The position numbers were made by a program, and so were the translations under genes. A stretch of DNA of 63,870 nucleotides, filler included, from Choristocarpus tenellus KU-1152 (Eukaryota > Protista > Phaeophyceae), in assembly GCA_964200185.2 (NCBI GenBank). It is 11 parts of 11 records of this genome, joined end to end, with 100 filler letters (N's around TTAATTAATTAA, not from the genome) between each part and the next. Parts side by side here need not be neighbours in the genome. Positions count along the whole stretch, not along the records: positions 61,164 to 63,870 come from CAXNAD020025442.1; 10 more parts are not named here. One strand, written 5' to 3'. Below, one piece after another: positions 63,620-63,870 of this stretch. The first letter of the stretch is position 1, and every line of letters begins with the position of its first letter. The notes under the pieces were generated by a model, which did no database searches, was not told the origin of the DNA, and saw only the letters and a program-made list of their open reading frames with translations.

Positions 63620-63870
63620 CACAATCACACCTATCCATAACATAGACTACGCATACCACTCATCGGTGCTTTGCAACACCATGACTCCTCATCGCTAGTA
63701 GACTGTGTGCAAAATAGGACAATAGTGAGGTGTACCTTATGTTGAAACCTGAATCGAATGCATTGTATATGATACATAGACTACGAAGGGGAATCGTGTG
63801 AGGCTCATAACCTGTTGAAACCTGAATCGAATGCATTGTATATGATACATAGACTACGAAGGAAGAGGAA
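63620..63870. mobile_element. Fragments of a TGTTGAAA...TTTCAACA-ended repeat family; related piece at 22103-22230
   Basis: 63620-63703 matches 22103-22186. TGTTGAAACCTGAATCGAATGCA (63740 and 63813) is the reverse complement of 22208-22230. Confidence 0.6.

Overview
Eukaryotic genomic DNA, not prokaryotic. The window is a pseudo-molecule of 11 short contigs joined by ten artificial 100-nt linkers (N44-TTAATTAATTAA-N44), so gene order across linkers means nothing. Genes are intron-rich and mostly missed by the ORF track. I rebuilt them by hand from GT/GC-AG boundaries and protein motifs: a complete 7-exon 40S ribosomal protein uS5/RPS2 gene; the 5' six exons of a GEX1/KAR5/Brambleberry nuclear-fusion gene (best model uses two consecutive GC-AG introns); the last exon of a monothiol glutaredoxin; a Rab8/Rab1-like GTPase with an N-terminal Glu-rich extension; the last two exons of a bromodomain protein with a long Gly/Ala/Thr tail; and an unknown low-complexity gene divergent from GEX1. 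Intergenic and intronic DNA is dominated by mobile-element debris. This includes three non-autonomous TIR (MITE) families that share a GRGTCAAAG terminus, one with 4-bp TSDs (Sola2-like); an RLE-type (CRE-like) non-LTR retrotransposon with a 3' stem-loop plus (TAA)n tail and many ultra-truncated copies; Copia gag and integrase relics; a solo-LTR family; a TA-flanked long-TIR MITE; and several minisatellites. Intron density, short CCCTAA arrays and the element content suggest an ochrophyte/brown-alga-like host (inference only). No rRNA, tRNA or CRISPR array was seen.
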